Part shown: piece by piece, positions 26,596 through 40,196 of the stretch
Position numbering within the stretch: the stretch's first letter is position 1
Layout: each line of letters starts with the position of its first letter
Assembly (NCBI GenBank): GCA_964016885.1
Contig: OZ024763.1
Span: 8,060,001-8,124,000, forward strand
From: Eledone cirrhosa
Taxonomy: Eukaryota
DNA: 64,000 bases
Direction of reading: 5' to 3'
The notes under the pieces: generated by a model
What the model saw: the letters and a program-made list of their open reading frames with translations, nothing else
What the model was told of the DNA's origin: nothing
The model's database searches: none
Translations under genes and position numbers: made by a program

Positions 26596-27131
26596 GTGAA
26601 CCCTTTAGCATTTAAAGTGGCTGTGTCCAGCCAAAATTCTCTCAACTCTTTCTGTTCAAACTGGCTGCTCATACTGATGTTAAGGTATTGTTCTCAAAAT
26701 AAATATCATCATCAAAATCTCATCTCAAAATTCTTTATAACGAGATTGACCGAAACACATCCAGCGTGTGGCCAGGGATTGAGATACATTTCGTTATACT
26801 GAAAAATGTGTTTACCGTCATCATAGTTTAATGTCTTCCACGCTAGCATGGGTTAGATGGGAATTGTCCCACTTGAGGCAAGATTGATCAGGTAACCGTG
26901 TCTCGCTCATATAGAACTATCTGGCAGGTTTTCTACGGCTGGATGCCCTTCCTAACACCAACCACATTTACAGTGTGGACTGGGAGCTTTTTACCGTGTT
27001 ACCTACATGGCCACACTACAGCGTGGACTGTGTTTTTTTGTCATGACCCCTACACGACCTCATTAGTTTGGACTGGATTACCATGTTAATATAATATTAG
27101 ATATAGAGTAATGTAAATGCTAGAGGGTTAA
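26596..27131. mobile_element. PB1 MITE interrupted by a family B element (~26818-27070)
   Basis: Left end ccctttagcatttaaa, right end gtaaatgctagagggttaa; ttacc repeated on both sides of the insert. Confidence 0.7.
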
Positions 27132-27909
27132 TACCATAGCCCCAAATAATGCATAATTTATATGAACATAGATTGAGCACTTTAGTGAAAAATACCAAGC
27201 TAAGACAAATTAAGATAACTCCTCATGAAGTATGTGTTTTTATTGGGTCTTAGTACAACATTTAGTTGTATAATCACATCTATTGTATTAATACAATGCA
27301 TAATCACGTATTGTATTATTGTTAATAGAATATTTAAGTAAATGGCTTTGGCTAATTTAAATGAAGAAACACATACAGGCATATATACACATACACACAC
27401 ACATGTTCATAACAGCCGGCATATAGATAAATAAATACTTCAATATTGTAACTGGCCTATCTACAGAGTATTCTAGCCATCATCATCATCACTGTTTAAC
27501 ATCTATTTTCCATTTGTGTGTGTGTGTATATATATATCATTGTTTAACACACATATATATATATATATAATTGTTTCTACTTTTGGCACAAGGCCAGCAA
27601 TTACCCAGTGCATTACTGGTACTTTATTTTATCGACCCCGTAAGGATGAAAGGCAAAGTTAACCTCGGCGGGATTTTAACTCAGACCATAAAGGGACGTA
27701 ACTATGCTGAAAAGCATGGCATCCAACCCTTTACTTATACTGCCAATTCACCGCCTTCCTCATAATAATAAAACAAGAACGAATGGTTACTCCTTCATTA
27801 CGTTTATTGGTTGGTGACGCAAGTTTCGCTACTGATCAGCTCAAGGTTTGATCTGTGTCGATCTGGCCTGACTCTGGAATCAACAGCTCGTCGGACCTCT
27901 GTGGTAGTA

Positions 27910-27940
<31 letters not shown>

Positions 27941-28724
27941 CATTATCATTGTTTAATGTCTATTTTTCCACGTTAGCATGGGTTAGACGGGTTGTCCTGT
28001 TTGAGACAAGTTGGGTCAGGTGACCATGTCTTGCTCACACAGAACTGTTTCTAGCTAGGTCTCTACAGCTGGATGCCCTTCCCAACATCAATCTCATTTA
28101 CAGTGTCGGCTGGGTGTCTTTTGTTGTGACACCTACATGACCACTTTACAGAATGGACTGGATGCTTATATACACATATATATATATATATAGATAGATA
28201 GATATATAGATAGATAGATATATACTAGTTGAGGTACCCAGCTCAACCCAGGTAAACAGATAAGAGAAGACCAGTAGATGAGAAAACGTCTGTATTTGAT
28301 GTGTTCGAACCCTTATGGTTGAGTACTCAATACCAATGTAGAGTTGAAATATTTTATTAGGGCTCAATAGTGAGTCTTGTTACTCTAGAGTTTTGTTTGA
28401 TAAACAGGCAAAACTACAGAGTAACAAGACACATTCAAGCCTTAATAAAATGAAGAGTTTATATCATCATCGTTTAACGTCCATCTTCCACGCTTGCATG
28501 GGTTTGGGTATATATGCACACACACATATATATATATATACACACGCGCACACACATATATACAAACACACATACATACACAAACACACACATACATACA
28601 CAAACACACACATACATACACAAACACACACATATACACACTTTGATTACCTGTACAGGCAATATTTATTAGAATGCTGTTGAAGTGTGTATACAGGTTT
28701 TGGGGACACTGTATACACACACAC

Positions 28725-28767
<43 letters not shown>

Positions 28768-29235
28768 TGTGTGTGTATATATAAGAAGGAGAGGGTACCA
28801 GATGGTAGCATGTTTTCACCGATAGTTTAAAGTAGCGGCAGTCACAGTCTTTAACAAATATTCCATCACCAGAAAAAGAATTCTTAAAATGCAACGAATG
28901 TTTTCACAAGTGGCTTTTTATGTTTTCCTTATTTCTTTACAACTAATTAGTGTTAATTTACTAAACACTAATTAACCTACTGCAAGGCTGCAAGTTACCA
29001 GAGTTGCTAGGGCGTTGTATTAAAACATGCCATCGTACTTGTTCTGTCATACTGTGTCCCGAGTTCAAATCCTGCCGAGGTCAACTTTAAGAGAAGATCG
29101 GTAGATGAGAAAATGTCTGTATTGGATGTGTTTCCTGATTTACAGTGGGAGTATGTAAACCAGTTTGAGTCCCTTATGGTTGAGTACTTCAACTAGCACG
29201 TATATATATGTATATATATATATATATATATAGAT

Positions 29236-29605
29236 CGTGTAGGTGTCACGACAAAAAAAAACACACAGTCCACGCTGTAAATGTGGCCGTGTAGGCAACA
29301 CGGTAAAAACCTCCCAGCCCCACACTGTAAATGTGGTTGGTGTTAAGAAGGGCATCCAGCTGTAGAAAACCCGCCAGACAGTCCACGCTGTAATGTGGCC
29401 GTGTAGGCAACACGGTAAAAACCTCCCAGCCCCACACTGTAAATGTGGTTGGTGTTAGGAAGGGCATCCAGCTGTAGAAAACCCGCCAGACAGTCCTATG
29501 CGAGCAAGACAACCACTCTTGCCTCAAGTGGGAAAACCCCTGTCCAAACCCATGCAAGCGTGGAACACGGACGCTAAACCTGATGATGATGATGATGATG
29601 ATGAT
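29236..29605 (+). mobile_element. Family B retroposon (no tRNA head seen) with an internal ~113-bp duplication
   Basis: Body ggttggtgttaggaagggcatccagctgtagaaa shared with family A; different tail ccaaacccatgcaagcgtggaacacggacgctaaac(gat)n. Confidence 0.75.
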
Positions 29606-29610
29606 ATCAT

Positions 29611-29955
29611 GGAGGCACATGACTTAGTGGTTAGAGCATTGGCCTTGCAATCGAAAGGTTGTGAGTTCAATTCTCAAACCGGGCGATGTGTTGTTTCCTT
29701 GAGCAAGACACTTTATTTCACATTGCTCCAGTTTACTCAGCTGTAGAAATGAGATGATAGGGACTGGGGTCCCTATCATTCCACTGTAAAGTGGTCGTGG
29801 AGGTGCCACGGCAAAAAAGCACCCAGCACTCACTGTAAATGAGGTTGGTGTTAGGAAGGGCATCCAGCTGTAGAAATCAAGCCAGCATTAGTTCCCGTCC
29901 CACCCTTGCAAGCAGGGAAAAAGCGGACATAAAATGAAATGTTGATGATGATGAT
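29611..29955 (+). mobile_element. SINE family A, copy 3
   Basis: Near-identical to 1522-1860. Confidence 0.92.
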
Positions 29956-30192
29956 CATCATCAACATTTAACATCTATCTTCCACACTAGCATGGGTTAG
30001 ACGGGAGTTGTCCCACTCGAGGCAAGGTTGGTCGGGTGACCATGTCTCCCTCGTATAGGACTATCTGGCAGGATGCCCTTCCTAACACCAACCACGTTTA
30101 CAGTGTGGACTGGGAGGTTTTTATCGTGTTACCTACACGGCCACATTACAGCGTGGACTGGGTGCTTTTCATTGACACCTACACGACCTCAT
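29956..30192 (-). mobile_element. Family B retroposon; others at ~26818-27070 and 27940-28165, tail-only pieces at ~11500, 28463, 54505
   Basis: Reverse-complement similarity to 29236-29605. Confidence 0.75.
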
Positions 30193-30850
30193 GTTGTGGT
30201 ACCAACATAACTTTACAGAGAAAGGGTGGTGTTGGTGGAAGTGGGAGGATGGAGTAGGGGTGGTGGGTGTATATATATATATATATATAGGAACATAGAT
30301 GTTAAACATAGTGTTCTGAGTTCAAATCCTGCTGAGGTCAATTTTGCTTTTCATCCTTTCGAAGTTAAAAAACTACGAATCCACTACAGGGAGTTACTTT
30401 TCTAGAAGAAATTGGCTGTGTTCTGACCCTGGATATGCTCAAACTCTAAAGTGGTGGTGGCATGATAAAATACACCCAGTACACTCTGTAAAATGGTAGT
30501 GTTAGTGCCACAATAAATCCACCTAGACCACACTGTAAAGTGATAGTGCTGGTACCACGATAACTACACCTAGAGCATAGGAAATAATCACTGGACAGAT
30601 TTCATGGGCAAAACCAACCAGCAGGAGACCCAGGGGTAGAATCCAAGCAAGATGGTTGGATAACATCCATGAGCTTGGCTGGTCTCGTTTGAAGGATCCA
30701 GCCACATCAATTGGAGACGGTTGTTTCTGACAGGACCCGCTGGGAGGAGTGTTTGAGGACTGCCTCCCACGACCCTCTCAGGAATAAGTGGCCAAAGAAG
30801 ATGATGTTTGTGGAGAGGACTACAGCAATACAACCTGGACATTAGATGTT

Positions 30851-31063
30851 TTAACCCTTTAGCATTCACATTACTCTATATACACTATTTTCATGGTAAA
30901 GGCTTTACCTCACATAATTATCTCACATAATAACGAATCTATGAGATTTTGAAAGTATTTATTTTGAGAACAATACCTTAACATCAGTTTGAGCGACCAG
31001 TTTCAACCAGTTTCAATAGAAAAGGGTTGAGAATTCTGGCCGGTTTGAACATTAAAGGGCTAA
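30851..31063. mobile_element. PB1 MITE (opposite orientation to 6834)
   Basis: ttaaccctttagcatt ... attaaagggctaa. Confidence 0.8.
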
Positions 31064-32089
31064 AATAATGCTAGAGCTGTACTGTAGGAATGTTACCAGG
31101 TGTTTTATTAGCACCTTTAGAGTCATTTCACCAGGTTTTATGACTGTTTTTAAGCATGCATACTTGAGTTGACAATAAATATAATAAACTCGCAATATAT
31201 ATTACTTTTGTAATTATATTTCAGCTTTACAACCAACAACAAACTCTTCAAGGACACTTTCCTTGATGAAACAGAAGTGACAGTAATGATGTAATTAAAT
31301 TGTTGAGCCAGCAAACTAAGATAAGTTGTCTGTGTGTGGTGTGGTGTGGTGTGTGTGGGTGTGTCTATGTGTGGCTTCGTGGTTAGGATATTCAGCTCAC
31401 AGTTGTAAGGTTGTGAGTTTGATTCCCAGCAGTGTGGTTTTCGTGATCAATGAGAGACAAATATATTTGGTTTTGTTGATCAATGAGAAATAATCCAAAT
31501 GATTCAGTAATACAACCATGACATGGATATAGTGATCAATAGAGGGGGAGGGGGAGTAGGTGTAGATTGTTATTGGAGGAAGAAGGGGAGGAGGCACATG
31601 CACTGTTGTTGGAGGGGAGAGGCATATCATCACCATCGTGTTATTGGTGGGAGGAGGAGAAAAACAATAAAAACAACAAAACAAATGTTACAGTAGTTTG
31701 TGTGACAAAGGGGGGGGGGGGGGCTGGATTTACAGGGTTTACACAGCAAATATGTAAATATACACATTTTAAGATGGTGTGTAGTACCAGGTCAACTTCT
31801 GCTTGAGTAGACATCTTATGAAAAGACACTCCAACTGCGACCATCCCAACATATATTGCCCAATACAAGTCATTGTTGTTTGTTTCAAGATAATGAACCA
31901 GCTGGGTGTGATCTGGAATACGATTTGGTTGTTGTTTCTAGCTGGGAGAGCAAACACAGAGTGGCTTCATGGTTGAATGGTTTTAAGAGTGTTAACAGTT
32001 GGTGAGAGAGAGAGTAAGAGGGGGGCATGGAGAGTTAGAGAGGGGGAGGGGACAGAGAGCGAGACAAAGATAGAGAGAGAGTGAAGAGA

Positions 32090-32363
32090 CAGACATGGAG
32101 AGTTAGAGAGAAAGAGTTAGAGGAGAGAGAGACAGACAGGTGGACATGGAGAGAACGAGAGGGGAGAGACATGAAGAGAGAGGGGAGAGACATGAAGAGA
32201 GAGAGGGGAGAGGAAAGACATGAAGAGAGAAAGGGGAGAGGAAAGACATGGAGAGAGAAAGGGGAGAGGAAAGACATGGAGAGAGAGAGAGAGAGAGGGG
32301 AGAGGAAAGACATGGAGAGAGAGAGAGAGAGAGGGGAGAGGAAAGAGGAGAGAGGAGAGTCTT

Positions 32364-32407
<44 letters not shown>

Positions 32408-32810
32408 GGAGAGAGAGAGAGAGAGAGGGGAGAGGAGAGACATGGAGAAAGAGGGGAGAGGAGAGACATGGAGAAAGAGGGGAGAGGAGAGACATGGAGA
32501 AAGAGGGGAGAGGAGAGACATGGAGAAAGAGGGGAGAGGAGAGACATGGAGAAAGAGGGAGAGGAGAGACATGGAGAAAGAGGGAGAGGAGAGACATGGA
32601 GAAAGAGGGGAGAGGAGAGACATGGAGAAAGAGGGGAGAGGAGGGGAGAGACATGGAGAAGGAGGGGAGAGGAGGGGAGAGACATGGAGAAGGAGGGGAG
32701 AGGAGAGACATGGAGAGAGAGAGGGGAGAGGAGAGAGAGAGGGGAGAGGAGAGACATGGAGAGAGAGAGGGGAGAGGAGAGACATGGAGAGAGAGAGGGG
32801 AGAGGAGAGG
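32090..32810. repeat. Purine-rich minisatellite (gagaggggagaggagagacatggagaaa variants)
   Basis: Direct inspection. Confidence 0.88.
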
Positions 32811-33316
32811 ATAAAGAGGAAAGTGAGTGAAAGTAAGGGGAGAGGGAGTGAAGAGTGTGAAAGAGAGAAAGAGGAGGGAGAAAGAGACAAACATATGCAG
32901 AGAGAGAAAGAGTGATACACAGAGAAAGAGGGAGGGAGAGTGAATATAGTAGAAAGAGGGAGGGAGAGTGAATATAGTAGAGAGGGGGAGGGAGAGTAAT
33001 CAGGAAGATTAAACAAAAACAAAAAAAAATTTAATCAGATCTTTGTCTGGGGTAAATTGCTCTTGATCACAATGACATGACCATATATGGCAATGGTGAT
33101 GATCACAATGACATGACCATATATGGTGGTGGTCTCATTGACATGACCATATATGGCAGTGGGCTGAGATGGCCACAATGCCATTACTCCACCAGTTGTC
33201 AGGCACAAAGACATTTGGTCAACATAAAAATCAATATGACTTTCCAATATATACATATATATGTGTGCGTGTATATATATATATATATGTACATGTGTGT
33301 GTGTGTGTGTGCATAC

Positions 33317-33348
<32 letters not shown>

Positions 33349-33819
33349 TACACGTGTGCCTGCGTGCATGTCATAAATTAACCCATTTTGGTTTTGTATG
33401 ATTGTTTATTTTCTTTATGTGTCCACAAACCTTGTAATATCATTGAGTGACGAGTGTAGTTGTATGGATTCTCTTCAACTGGCTTTATAACCCTATATAT
33501 TACTCTGACCTCAGTCATGGCTGACCATGGGCTGGCAACAAGTTAAGAGGCACAAACCTGGGCAATGTGTGTTTTTTATGGAAGACCAGCTAAGGGGCAA
33601 CCAACAGCTAATTCCATCAAATTTAGGTCGATATAGGGAACAGCTTGCAGCCAAGAGCTGGATACATACTTGAGGGGATTCCATATAATTTTCATATGAG
33701 GTTTCACTTACAAATCACTGGTCAACTTGAAGCTAGAGCAGACAACACTTCCTCAAGGTGACAGTGAGACTGACCCTGAAACCGAGAACCATGTGACTAA
33801 AGCACACTGTCTTAATCTT

Positions 33820-34531
33820 CTACTTATTCCTGAGAGGGTCTCAAACACTCCCTCCATCAGGTCCTGACAGAAGCAACCGTCTCCAACTGATCTGGCTGGA
33901 CCCCAAGTGAGACCAGCCAAGCTCAAGAATGTTATCCAACCATCTTGCTTGGCGAGGGTCTACCCCGGGGTCTCCTGCCAATTGGTTTTGTCCATAAAAT
34001 CTGTCCAGAGATTCTTTCCTGAGACATTCTAACCACATGTCCATAGTATCAGAGCTGTGATCTCTCAATTCAGAGAAGTAGCAGCTCTACCTAGAATGAC
34101 TCTCTGATCTCTGAGCTACAAATCTGTCCAGTGAATCTTTCCTGAGACATTCTAACCACATGTCCATAGTATCAGAGCTGTGATCTCTCAATTCAGAGAA
34201 GTAGCAGCTCTACCTGGAGTGACTCTCTCATCTCTGAGCTACAAATCTGTCCAGTGAATCTTTCCTGAGACATTCTAACCACATGTCCATAGTATCAGAG
34301 CTGTGATCTCTCAATTCAGAGAAGTAGCAGCTCTACCTGGAGTGACTCTCTCATCTCTGAGCTACAAACCTGTCCAGTGATTCTTTCCTGAGACATTCTA
34401 ACCACATGTCCATAGTATCAGAGCTGTGATCTCTCAATTCAGAGAAGTAGCAGCTCTACCTGGAGTGACTCTCTCATCTCTGAGCTACAAATCTGTCCAG
34501 TGAATCTTTCCTGAGACATTCTAACCACATG
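33820..34531 (-). mobile_element. RTE 3' end (33820-34000) continuing into ~4.4 copies of the 123-bp unit
   Basis: Minus frame IERSQL*YYGHVVRMSQERISGQILWTKPIGRRPRGRP; related fragments at ~23270-23390 and 30585-30800 (plus). Confidence 0.85.
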
Positions 34532-34724
34532 CTGATATTAAGATATAAGAGAGAGGAACCCAACAAGATCAGTGGAGCCTGCTAGATTATAAGGCTTACC
34601 TGAAGTTGTCCACACTACTCAAGATCAGTGGGACCTGCTAGATGAGAGGGTTTACCTCAAGTTGTCCACACTACATATGATGTAAGAGAGAGGAACCCAA
34701 CAAACTCATCTCAGTCATTATTTT

Positions 34725-34802
34725 CAAACACACATAAGACAAGAAAAACAAAAAGAAAACATTTCTTTCAGCAATGAAGAGGACAAAGTGATAAGTTTTA
34801 TT
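34725..34802 (-). promoter_or_regulatory. Candidate polyadenylation site (minus strand)
   Basis: AATAAA (plus tttatt 34797-34802) followed ~35 nt later by U/GU-rich tgttttcttttgtttttcttgtcttatgtgtgttt. Confidence 0.4.
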
Positions 34803-35003
34803 TTCAGTGTTTTTATCAAATTACATTCGTCAAAGTCAGATAAAGGAAGCAAAAACGGATTTTTTTTTTTTCATTATCGTGAACAGAAAATTACATATTA
34901 CTGTAGTTCTACCTGTGGATATCTCATAAGACAAAGATATTTGTGGATATCCCATAAGACAAATACACACACATATATATATATATAACATATGCATATA
35001 CTT

Positions 35004-35042
<39 letters not shown>

Positions 35043-35214
35043 TATATACTCACATTTTGATATATATCTTGATATCTTATCAGACATATATATATATATA
35101 GGTATGTATATTATATATACACACACATAAGGTGATATCTAAGAGATACATGTATCAGTGAATATCTTATACACACATGGATATATAAATATTTCAGACA
35201 TACAGATTCATGTA

Positions 35215-35380
35215 TCTTATATAAGACATACAGATATCTAGAAGTATTACATAAGACATACAGATATCTAGAAGTATTACATAAGACAGATATCTAGAAG
35301 TATTACATAAGACATACAGATATCTAGAAGTATTACATAAGACATACAGATATCTAGAGGTATTACATAAGACATACATA
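35215..35380. repeat. 30-bp minisatellite, ~5 copies
   Basis: ataagacatacagatatctagaagtattac. Confidence 0.9.
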
Positions 35381-35901
35381 CATCTGTTGAGAACTTTTCA
35401 GAGATATTCTTAAACAAAGGAAGAAGTGAAAAAAAGTTTAGAAAAAAATTATGAAAATGCCAAAAAATTAAACAATAAATAGACAGAACTCAGGGTATTT
35501 TATAAATAGTTTAAATATATTTTTAAACAAAAAAAAAAAAAGTGACATCTTCATTTTGTCACAATATTGTTTATTATTTTTTTATTTTTCATTGTAAAAT
35601 TTCATCACCATTATTATTATTTGATGAGCAAAATAATACACGTATTAACATGACTAGAGCATTATGGTTAATTAATTTGGAAGATTTCTTTTAATTAAAA
35701 CAAACTTAATTTCAGAAACGATTACTTACTGTGAAAGAAAACTCAAAATATTTTTCCAATTTAAAAGAAAAAAAAAAAAAAATTCTTTTAATTTTGTGGG
35801 AGGAGGAGGGGGGGGGGGGGGGTGTTGATCAAAATTTAAATTATTAAAAAGGAAAAAAAATAACTAGATTTTTGGGGATTTTTTTGAAATTATAAATTGA
35901 G

Positions 35902-35938
<37 letters not shown>

Positions 35939-36947
35939 CAGAAATTAACTGAAAAAATCCTAAATTAAATGGAAAAAAAAATATTCAAAGACAAAGTATT
36001 CAGAATTAACCCATTTTTCTTGTTCCATGCCACAATTGGGACCTAATTAATTAATTAATTAATTTATATTGTTTACTTAATTATGTACTAAAAGTCAGGT
36101 GTAACAAAACATCTCACACCTCCACCTGTCCAGGTTACCATTTACAGAGAGAACAGATTGATGTTTTGTTTATATATGTGTGTGTATGTGTATATATAAA
36201 TGTGTTCTATATATGTGTGTGTATGTGTATATATATCTATATATGTATGTGTATATATATATATGTGTATATATGTATGTGTGTGTGTGTGCATATGTAT
36301 GTGTGTATATATGTGTGTGTGTATACATGTGCGTCTATATATGTGTGTATATACATATGTATGTGCGTGTATATATATATATATGTATGTATATATATGT
36401 GTATATATTCTGGCACAAGATATAGCAACAACCCTTCTTAATGAGTAGTAACAGTAGCAGTGTAGTAATAGTAAGAGTAGTAATAGTAAGAGTAGTAGTA
36501 GTATAGTAGGAGGAGGAGTTATAGTGGTGGTAGTAATAGTGGTAATAGTAAGAGTAATCATGGTGATGGTAGTAGTAGTGGTGGTAGTAGTAGTGGTGAT
36601 GGTAGTAGTGGTGGTGGTAGTAATTGTTTCTACTTTAGGCACAAGGCCAGCAATTTGAAGGGGGGGGGGGAGAAAGTCAATTAAATCAACCCAGTGTATT
36701 ACTGGTACTTTATTTTATCAACCTTGTAAGGATGAAAAGCAAAGCTAACCTCGGCGGGATTTAAACTCAGAACGTAAAGGGCCACAACTCTATGCCACTT
36801 AGCATGTGCGATGCTCTACCGATTCTGCCCTAGTGATAGCAGTAATTATAGAAGGGCTTTTTGTTGGTTGTTTTAGTAAGTTTGGTCAATGAAACACCTA
36901 CTTGTAATGTTTTAAGTTTAAGTGGTTGAGTATTCCAGACACGTCAG

Positions 36948-37439
36948 GTGTGTGGTGTTGTGTGTGTGGTTGTGTGGTGTTGTGTGTGTGGTTGTGTGTG
37001 TGGTTGTGTGGTGTGTGCTGTTGTGTGGTGTGTGCTGTTGTGTGGTGTGCTGTTGTGTGGTGTGCTGTTGTGTGGTGTGCTGTTGTGTGTGGTGTTGTGT
37101 GTGGTGTGTGTGGTGTGTGTGTGTTGTGTGTGTTGTGTGTGTGTTGTGTGTGTGTTGTGTGTGTGTTGTGTGTGTGTTGTGTGTGTGTTGTGTGTGTGTT
37201 GTGTGTGTGTTGTGTGTGTGGTGTGTGTGTGGTGTGTGTGTGGTGTGTGTGTTGTGTGTGTTGTGCGTGTTGTGCGTGTTGTGCGTGTTGTGCGTGTTGT
37301 GCGTGTTGTGCGTGTTGTGCGTGTTGTGCGTGTTGTGTGTGTGGTGTGTGTGGTGTGTGTTGTGTGTGTGGTGTGTGGTGTGTGGTGTGTGGTGTGTGTG
37401 TGTGTGTGTGGTATGTGTGTGTGTGTGTGTGTGTGTGTG

Positions 37440-37497
<58 letters not shown>

Positions 37498-37532
37498 TAT
37501 GTGTGTGTGGTATGTGTGTGGTGTGCGTGTGT
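36948..37532. repeat. (GT)-rich compound microsatellite
   Basis: Direct inspection. Confidence 0.93.
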
Positions 37533-37877
37533 GATCTTAGAGTTTCAGGTGTAAATCTATCTTCTATCAGTGTACATGGCTGAGAGTATTCTACAGATGT
37601 GTATGTACCTTTAACATAATTCTTAAGTAGAATCAGCAAGGCCGTCTATAACAAAGCAGAACTTCCGAATAACAGATAGCCCAATCTGACAGGCATCTAC
37701 ACAGTTTCAGTCAACCCAATCTAATTTCACTCACAACACTTGGGTTGACATATAGCTAAAGTAAATGACACTTGCTTAAGATGCTACATAGTAACATTGA
37801 ACTTGAACATGATTGTGAAGCAAACTTCTTAACCATTCAACCACTGTGTCATAGCAGTTAGCAATACTTTGAATTCT

Positions 37878-38090
37878 TTAACCCTTTAGCATTTAAACCA
37901 GCCATATCCTGCTAGAATACTTCCACCTCTTTCTGTTCAAACTGGGCGTAACTGGCCACTCATACTGATGTTAAGGTATTGTTTTCAAAATAAATATCAA
38001 AATCTCGTAGATTCGATATTATGTGAGGTAAAGCCTTTACCGTGAAAATACAATAGTATATATAGAGTGATGTGAATGCTAAAGGGTTAA
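37878..38090. mobile_element. PB1 MITE, one internal unit
   Basis: Intact TTAA-CCCTTTAGCATT / AATGCTAAAGGG-TTAA ends. Confidence 0.88.
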
Positions 38091-38478
38091 AGTGTTTATA
38101 TTTATCTAAAAAATTTATTATAATTTTATGTAAGCATCTAATTTAAGTTATGTTCCAAACACCAGCTTGATAAGAAAGTTATATTACTAAAACCTTCCAA
38201 ATTCTTTATTATTTTCAAAATTTATTGAATAATCATAGGAAGAGTTTTTCATTTGAAATATGGCAACCAAAGAGTTAAATATTTCAGTGGATACAAATCA
38301 CAATTTACAAGATTAGGTTGTTTTTTTTTAATCACTTAATTTTACTTTTATTTCATAATTTTTTTTAATTTTTTTTTTCAAACAAATTTAAATGAAAAAT
38401 ATTTCCAACAAATCATTAAAGACACACAACACAGACAGAGATATACCATTTGGCTTATGTGGGGTATATGTCCTGCAT

Positions 38479-38681
38479 CAACTCTTAACATCCTGTAATA
38501 ATTTAGCAGAAAATGTCTGAACAGATTTTTCAGTTCAAATGTGTATATCTTTACTAGTTGTCGGATCGTTGTAAAAATGTTGCAGTATCAGAGTAAAGAC
38601 TTTAATTTCAGAATTATTTTGTGAAAAAAAAAAAAAAGTCTTGCTAATGCAGTTCCATGTGGTACAGGATTTTAAGAGTTA
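38479..38681. mobile_element. Second TTAA-type MITE
   Basis: Inverted ends aactcttaacatcctgta / tacaggattttaagagttaa; partial relative at ~39603-39690. Confidence 0.6.
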
Positions 38682-38978
38682 AAAGGACCTTGGAGTTGGG
38701 TTTTTTTTTATTTTTTTTTTTTTTTTTTTATTATAATAGAGAAAATTGAGAAATGAAATATTTTAACATTCAAGTCTATTCCGCCAACATAAACACAAAA
38801 AAAAAAAGAGAAAACATTGTGGCAGCAAGAGAGTGAGAGGACACAACACGGAGTTAAAACGGGATTGCAAAGAGCTTCATAGTTTCTTCTCCAAAGTAAT
38901 CAGTCAAAACACTGATTGGAGAGCAGGAGAAGTGGAGGGGAGAAATTTCCCCTTTAGTTTACTTTTCATATATAAAAA

Positions 38979-39010
<32 letters not shown>

Positions 39011-39839
39011 TTGTTCTCATTTTTCATTTTCTTTTTTAATTATCTGAGTATTTAAAATTGAAATATCAAGGAAGCACTGGTGTGGTGAATATTTATAAAG
39101 ACAGCAATTTAGATCATAATTTAGGGGCAGGGGTGTACAATTTTGTTTAAGGGGGGAAAAAAAAAGGGAGGGTGGATACAGGAAAGAGGAATAAAAACAG
39201 TGAGAAACTCTTCCAAGGTGAATTTCACCAAGGAAATTATCAAGACGAAGTGGTGGGGGTGGGGTTTCAAACATTTATCCAATATTAAGCAAATGAAGGC
39301 ACATCACAAGAAAGACAGTTGGTCCAAAGATGTCTAAATATTGGTATAAGATACTAATACTTAACTACTTTGCATGTTCTATAGTAAATTTCTCCAAGAA
39401 AAAGGGACACACACACACACACACAAAAAACAAAAAAAAAAAAATCCACCATCTTCAAAACACCAAACACCACTGATACTTTAGTTCTGGGATATGACAG
39501 AATCTTGACTATTTTAAGACACTGCCAGTGGTTTCCAACCCTGGAAGTGTCTGTAAGATATAGAACTGGAGGAGGTCTGTGAGATAAGTTCAAAATTCTA
39601 AGCTAATCTCAACATCCTGTAATATCCTGCAATGATTTAGTAGAAAATATCTAGAAGTAGGTTTGTTAATTCAAATCTTTATAGTATCTACCACTGTGAA
39701 AATGTGCAGAATAGTGCTGTTTTCAAGAATATCTTGCTAAATATAAGTTTGTGTAGTTTCAGAATTATAAACATATTCACACACACACACACACACACAC
39801 TGTTGGGGAATCTGTTCTTTTCTAAATATAAATTCTCAT

Positions 39840-40196
39840 TTAACCCTTTAGCATTTAAACCAGCCATATCCGGCCAGAATTCTCTCACCTCTTTCTGTTC
39901 AAACTGGCTGCTCATACTTATGTTAAGGTATTGTTCTCAAAATAAATAATATCAAAATCTCATAGATTTGATATTATGTGAGGTAAAGCTTTTACTGTGA
40001 AAATACAATAGTATATATAGAGTAATGTAAATGTGAGATATTATGTGAGGTAAAGGTTTTACTGTGAAAATACAATAGTATATATAGGGTAATGTAAATG
40101 TTATGCGAGATGTTATGTGAGATATTATGTGAGGTAAAGCCTTTACTGTGAAAATACAATAGTAGATATACAGTAATGTAAATGCTAAAGGGTTAA
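39840..40196. mobile_element. PB1 MITE, three internal units
   Basis: Intact TIRs and TTAA; subterminal unit repeated 3x. Confidence 0.88.

Noticed and set aside
32035-33022. Glu/Arg-rich and Ser/Leu/Pro-rich ORFs
   Set aside because: Purine-rich minisatellite open in most frames
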